64,000 nucleotides of DNA from Candidatus Hydrogenedentota bacterium (GTDB lineage: Bacteria > Hydrogenedentota > Hydrogenedentia > Hydrogenedentales > SLHB01): positions 1-64,000 of the forward strand of contig CAVUWV010000030.1 of assembly GCA_963745075.1 (NCBI GenBank). The letters are read 5' to 3'. How positions within the stretch are numbered: position 1 is the first letter of the stretch; every line of letters begins with the position of its first letter. Positions 61,372 through 64,000 of the stretch are shown here, piece by piece. The translations under genes were made by a program, and so were the position numbers. The notes below the pieces were generated by a model that saw only the letters and a program-made list of their open reading frames with translations, had not been told where the DNA came from and did not search any database.

Positions 61372-62592
61372 ATGAAGTTCTATCGTGTACTGACATTGGG
61401 CGTGCTGTGTCTGGCTTTGGCGTTCGTGTGCCTTTCTGCGAAAGCAGAGCCTAAGCACGTTTACCTGACCTATTCGGATGCGCCGGAAACGACGATTGAC
61501 ATCAACGTGATGCTGGACGAGAAGGAAGGCGATACGGTGGATGTGTATTACGACACGAAGCCGCATGGCGGGGAACTCGATGCGTACGCGCAGCATGTGA
61601 CCGCCGAGTACGTTCAGACGGTGATGCAAATCAGCGACGACCGCGTCGTGTATGTGGCGACGCTGACGGGGCTGGAACCGGGAACCGAGTATTACTTCGT
61701 TGCGGGCGAGACGAAAGAATATGGCATGTCGAAGGAGCGCAAGTTCCGGACCTTGCCCGGAGGCGACAAGCCGTTCCGCTTTGTGACCGGCGGCGACATG
61801 GGCGTCGACGGCTTTGCGATCGCGCTGCTCGAGATCGTGAGCGAGACGGAACCGGACTTTGGCGTCGTTGGTGGCGATATACCGTACGCGAACGGGCGGC
61901 TGGCTGACCGCTTCTTGTGGGACAAGTGGCTGGACAACTGGGACCGGCTGACGACGACGGAGGACGACCGGATGATTCCGATCGTGGCCGCCATCGGAAA
62001 CCATGAGACGAACGACTATGATTCGCCAAACCAGGACTTGCGGGCGCCGTGGTACATGAGCATTTTCGGTCGTCAGGGCGAGAACGTGTATTACTCGCGG
62101 CAGTTCGGCGATAACATGGTGTTGTTCGCGCTGGATTCGGGTCATCTGGTGAGCCATGAGGCACAAGCGCCCTGGCTCGACAAGGAGATGGCAAAGTACC
62201 AGGACGTAAGGTACAAGTTCGCGGTGTACCACGTGCCGCTGTATCCCGCTCACCGCCCCTATGAGGGCGGCGGTTCGGTTGCCGGTCGCGAGTATTGGCT
62301 GCCCATCTTCGACAAGTACGGGCTGACCGTGGGGATGGAGAATCACGATCACGTGTTCAAACGCACGAAGCCATTGAAGGGAAACAAGGTTGTTGAGCAG
62401 GGTACGGTGTTTATCGGCGACGGCTGTTTCGGCCGCGAGCCGCGCGAGGTGGATGCCGAGTTACGCTGGTACAACGTGAAGCAGTTGTCGAAGGCGCATT
62501 TCTGGGTGGTCGACGTGGCCGATTCGGGGCTGAAGCTGAAGGCAATCGATGCCGAGGGGATTGAGATTGACGCGTTCGAGTTGCCGGGGTAA
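61372..62592 (+). CDS. Secreted purple-acid-phosphatase-like metallophosphoesterase with an FN3-like N domain
   Basis: LTGLEPGTEYYF; GGDMG, GGDIPY, IGNHE, YHVPLY and ENHDH motifs. Confidence 0.9.
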   Translation: MKFYRVLTLGVLCLALAFVCLSAKAEPKHVYLTYSDAPETTIDINVMLDEKEGDTVDVYYDTKPHGGELDAYAQHVTAEYVQTVMQISDDRVVYVATLTGLEPGTEYYFVAGETKEYGMSKERKFRTLPGGDKPFRFVTGGDMGVDGFAIALLEIVSETEPDFGVVGGDIPYANGRLADRFLWDKWLDNWDRLTTTEDDRMIPIVAAIGNHETNDYDSPNQDLRAPWYMSIFGRQGENVYYSRQFGDNMVLFALDSGHLVSHEAQAPWLDKEMAKYQDVRYKFAVYHVPLYPAHRPYEGGGSVAGREYWLPIFDKYGLTVGMENHDHVFKRTKPLKGNKVVEQGTVFIGDGCFGREPREVDAELRWYNVKQLSKAHFWVVDVADSGLKLKAIDAEGIEIDAFELPG

Positions 62593-62617
62593 GTTGCCAA
62601 TTTAGCGTTGCGGTGGT

Positions 62618-62652
62618 CAAAGTAGACGCGGCTTCCAGCCGCGTCTACTTTG
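62618..62652. repeat. Perfect 16-bp palindrome containing GTAG (second REP type or terminator)
   Basis: caaagtagacgcggct-tcc-agccgcgtctactttg. Confidence 0.65.
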
Positions 62653-62667
62653 GGAAGGAGTAATCTC

Positions 62668-63698
62668 GTGATTCGATACTTCGTTCTGATGGCAGTGTTC
62701 GCTGGCGTGCAGGTTGCCGCTTCTGCGCAGGATTTGGCGGCGGCACCCAACCGGCCGGTGCCGTTGATATTCGATACGGATATCGGGAATGACGTGGACG
62801 ACGCGCTGGCGTTGGGCGTGATCCATGCGTTGGAGAGCCGGGGCGAGTGTACGTTGCTGGCCGTGACGATCACCAAGGACAATGAACTATGCGCTCCGTT
62901 TGTGGACGCGGTGAACACGTTTTACGGGCGCGGCGACATACCCATCGGCGTCGTGAAAGACGGGCCAACGCCGGAAGTCAGCAAGTTACTGCCGCTGGCG
63001 CGGGACAGAGCGACAACGGGGTGTTGCGGTATCCCCACGATCTGGAGAGTGGCAAGGATGCGCCGGACGCGACGACGGTGTTACGCAAGGCGCTGGCCGG
63101 CGCGGAGGACCATTCCGTTGTGATTGCCCAAGTCGGGTTCTCGACGAATCTGGCGCGCCTCTTGGCTTCGGGTCCGGACGAGATTTCGGAACTTTCCGGA
63201 AGGAATCTCGCCGCGAAGAAGGTGAGACTGATTTCCGTGATGGCGGGGGCGTTTCAGCCGATCCAGGACAAGACGCACAAGGAATACAACGTGGTGATGG
63301 ATATCCCCTCGGCGCAGGCCTTGGCGCGGGACTGGCCGACGCCCATCGTGTATAGCGGATACGAGATTGGCCTGAACATCCCCTACCCCGCCGCGAGCAT
63401 CGATAACGATTTTGCTTATGTGGCGCATCATCCGCTCCAGGAAGCGTATCAACTGTACATGCCGACGCCCCATGAACGGCCGACCTGGGATCTGACGAGC
63501 GTCCTGTGGGTGGTGCGGCCGGATCGCGGGTATTTTGATTTATCGCCCCCCGGCAAGACGCAGGTGACAGACGATGGTGTGACGGAATTCAAAGAGGCCG
63601 CGGATGAGAATTGCCGGTACCTTATCGCGAGCAAGGAGCAGCGCATACGGGTACGGGAGGCGCTGGCGCTGCTGGCGAGCCAGCCGCCCGGAGAATAG
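62668..63698 (+). CDS. Secreted nucleoside-hydrolase-family (IUNH-like) protein; frameshift near 63000
   Basis: LIFDTDIGNDVDDALAL; VGFSTNLA, EYNV and RPTWDL motifs in the second frame. Confidence 0.85.
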
Positions 63699-63817
63699 GC
63701 TGGAGTCCGGAGTCTGGAGGAAATCGGATCGGTCGGCGCGGTGCGATTGAATTTAACCGTACCCACGCGGCCCGTGGGTGGTCCCGGAGCAGATTCACGA
63801 TTAGGGGTGCAATAGCC

Positions 63818-64000
63818 ATGCGTTGGCCAATCGGAGTGTGGATAGGCGCGGTTGTTCTTGCCACGCACGCGCTGGCGCAAGAGCTTACGCTTCAAAGTGC
63901 TGCCATTCGCGTTGCCCTTGAGCCAGATGGTGCGGCGGTTGCGCAGATTTCCGATCTCGGGACCGATCATGCCTTTCTCTCCACGGCCGGACACACTCCC
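63818..64000 (+). CDS. 5' part of a secreted protein, runs off the right edge
   Basis: Own translation MRWPIGVWIGAVVLATHALA|QELTLQSAAIRVALEPDG..., a signal peptide, open to the window end. Confidence 0.6.
   Translation, partial: MRWPIGVWIGAVVLATHALAQELTLQSAAIRVALEPDGAAVAQISDLGTDHAFLSTAGHTP

Overview
A GC-rich bacterial chromosomal window of about 45 genes. No rRNA, tRNA or CRISPR array was seen. The gene repertoire suggests a PVC/Hydrogenedentota-like diderm, which is an inference only. The window holds secreted carbohydrate and sulfate-ester enzymes (GDSL-DUF1080, GH106-like, sulfatase, GH29 fucosidase, BNR/sialidase-like) and three toxin-antitoxin loci. It also has an AsnB-type amidotransferase, a Glu/Leu/Phe/Val dehydrogenase, a HybA/NrfD/13-heme cytochrome module, tandem chemoreceptors, an ABC exporter, an ECF sigma locus, a type IV pilin, a NarL-type two-component pair, rsgA, a probably fused glyQS and a RAYT transposase flanked by REP doublets. 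At least 8 genes carry frameshifts, nearly all single extra bases and two of them in essential glyQS, which points to sequencing or assembly error. The most notable signal is missing from the ORF track: two related micro-ORFs (32 and 44 aa). They share an MKH[IL]K-x-[IL]-[ST]K..P..A[GA]AP leader and a Pro..Ser-Ser end, and each has a strong SD and a 3' hairpin. One lies directly behind asnB, making them a candidate undescribed RiPP-like precursor family. Also notable are mirror-image twin sigma54 promoters and a ~200-bp dispersed structured repeat.
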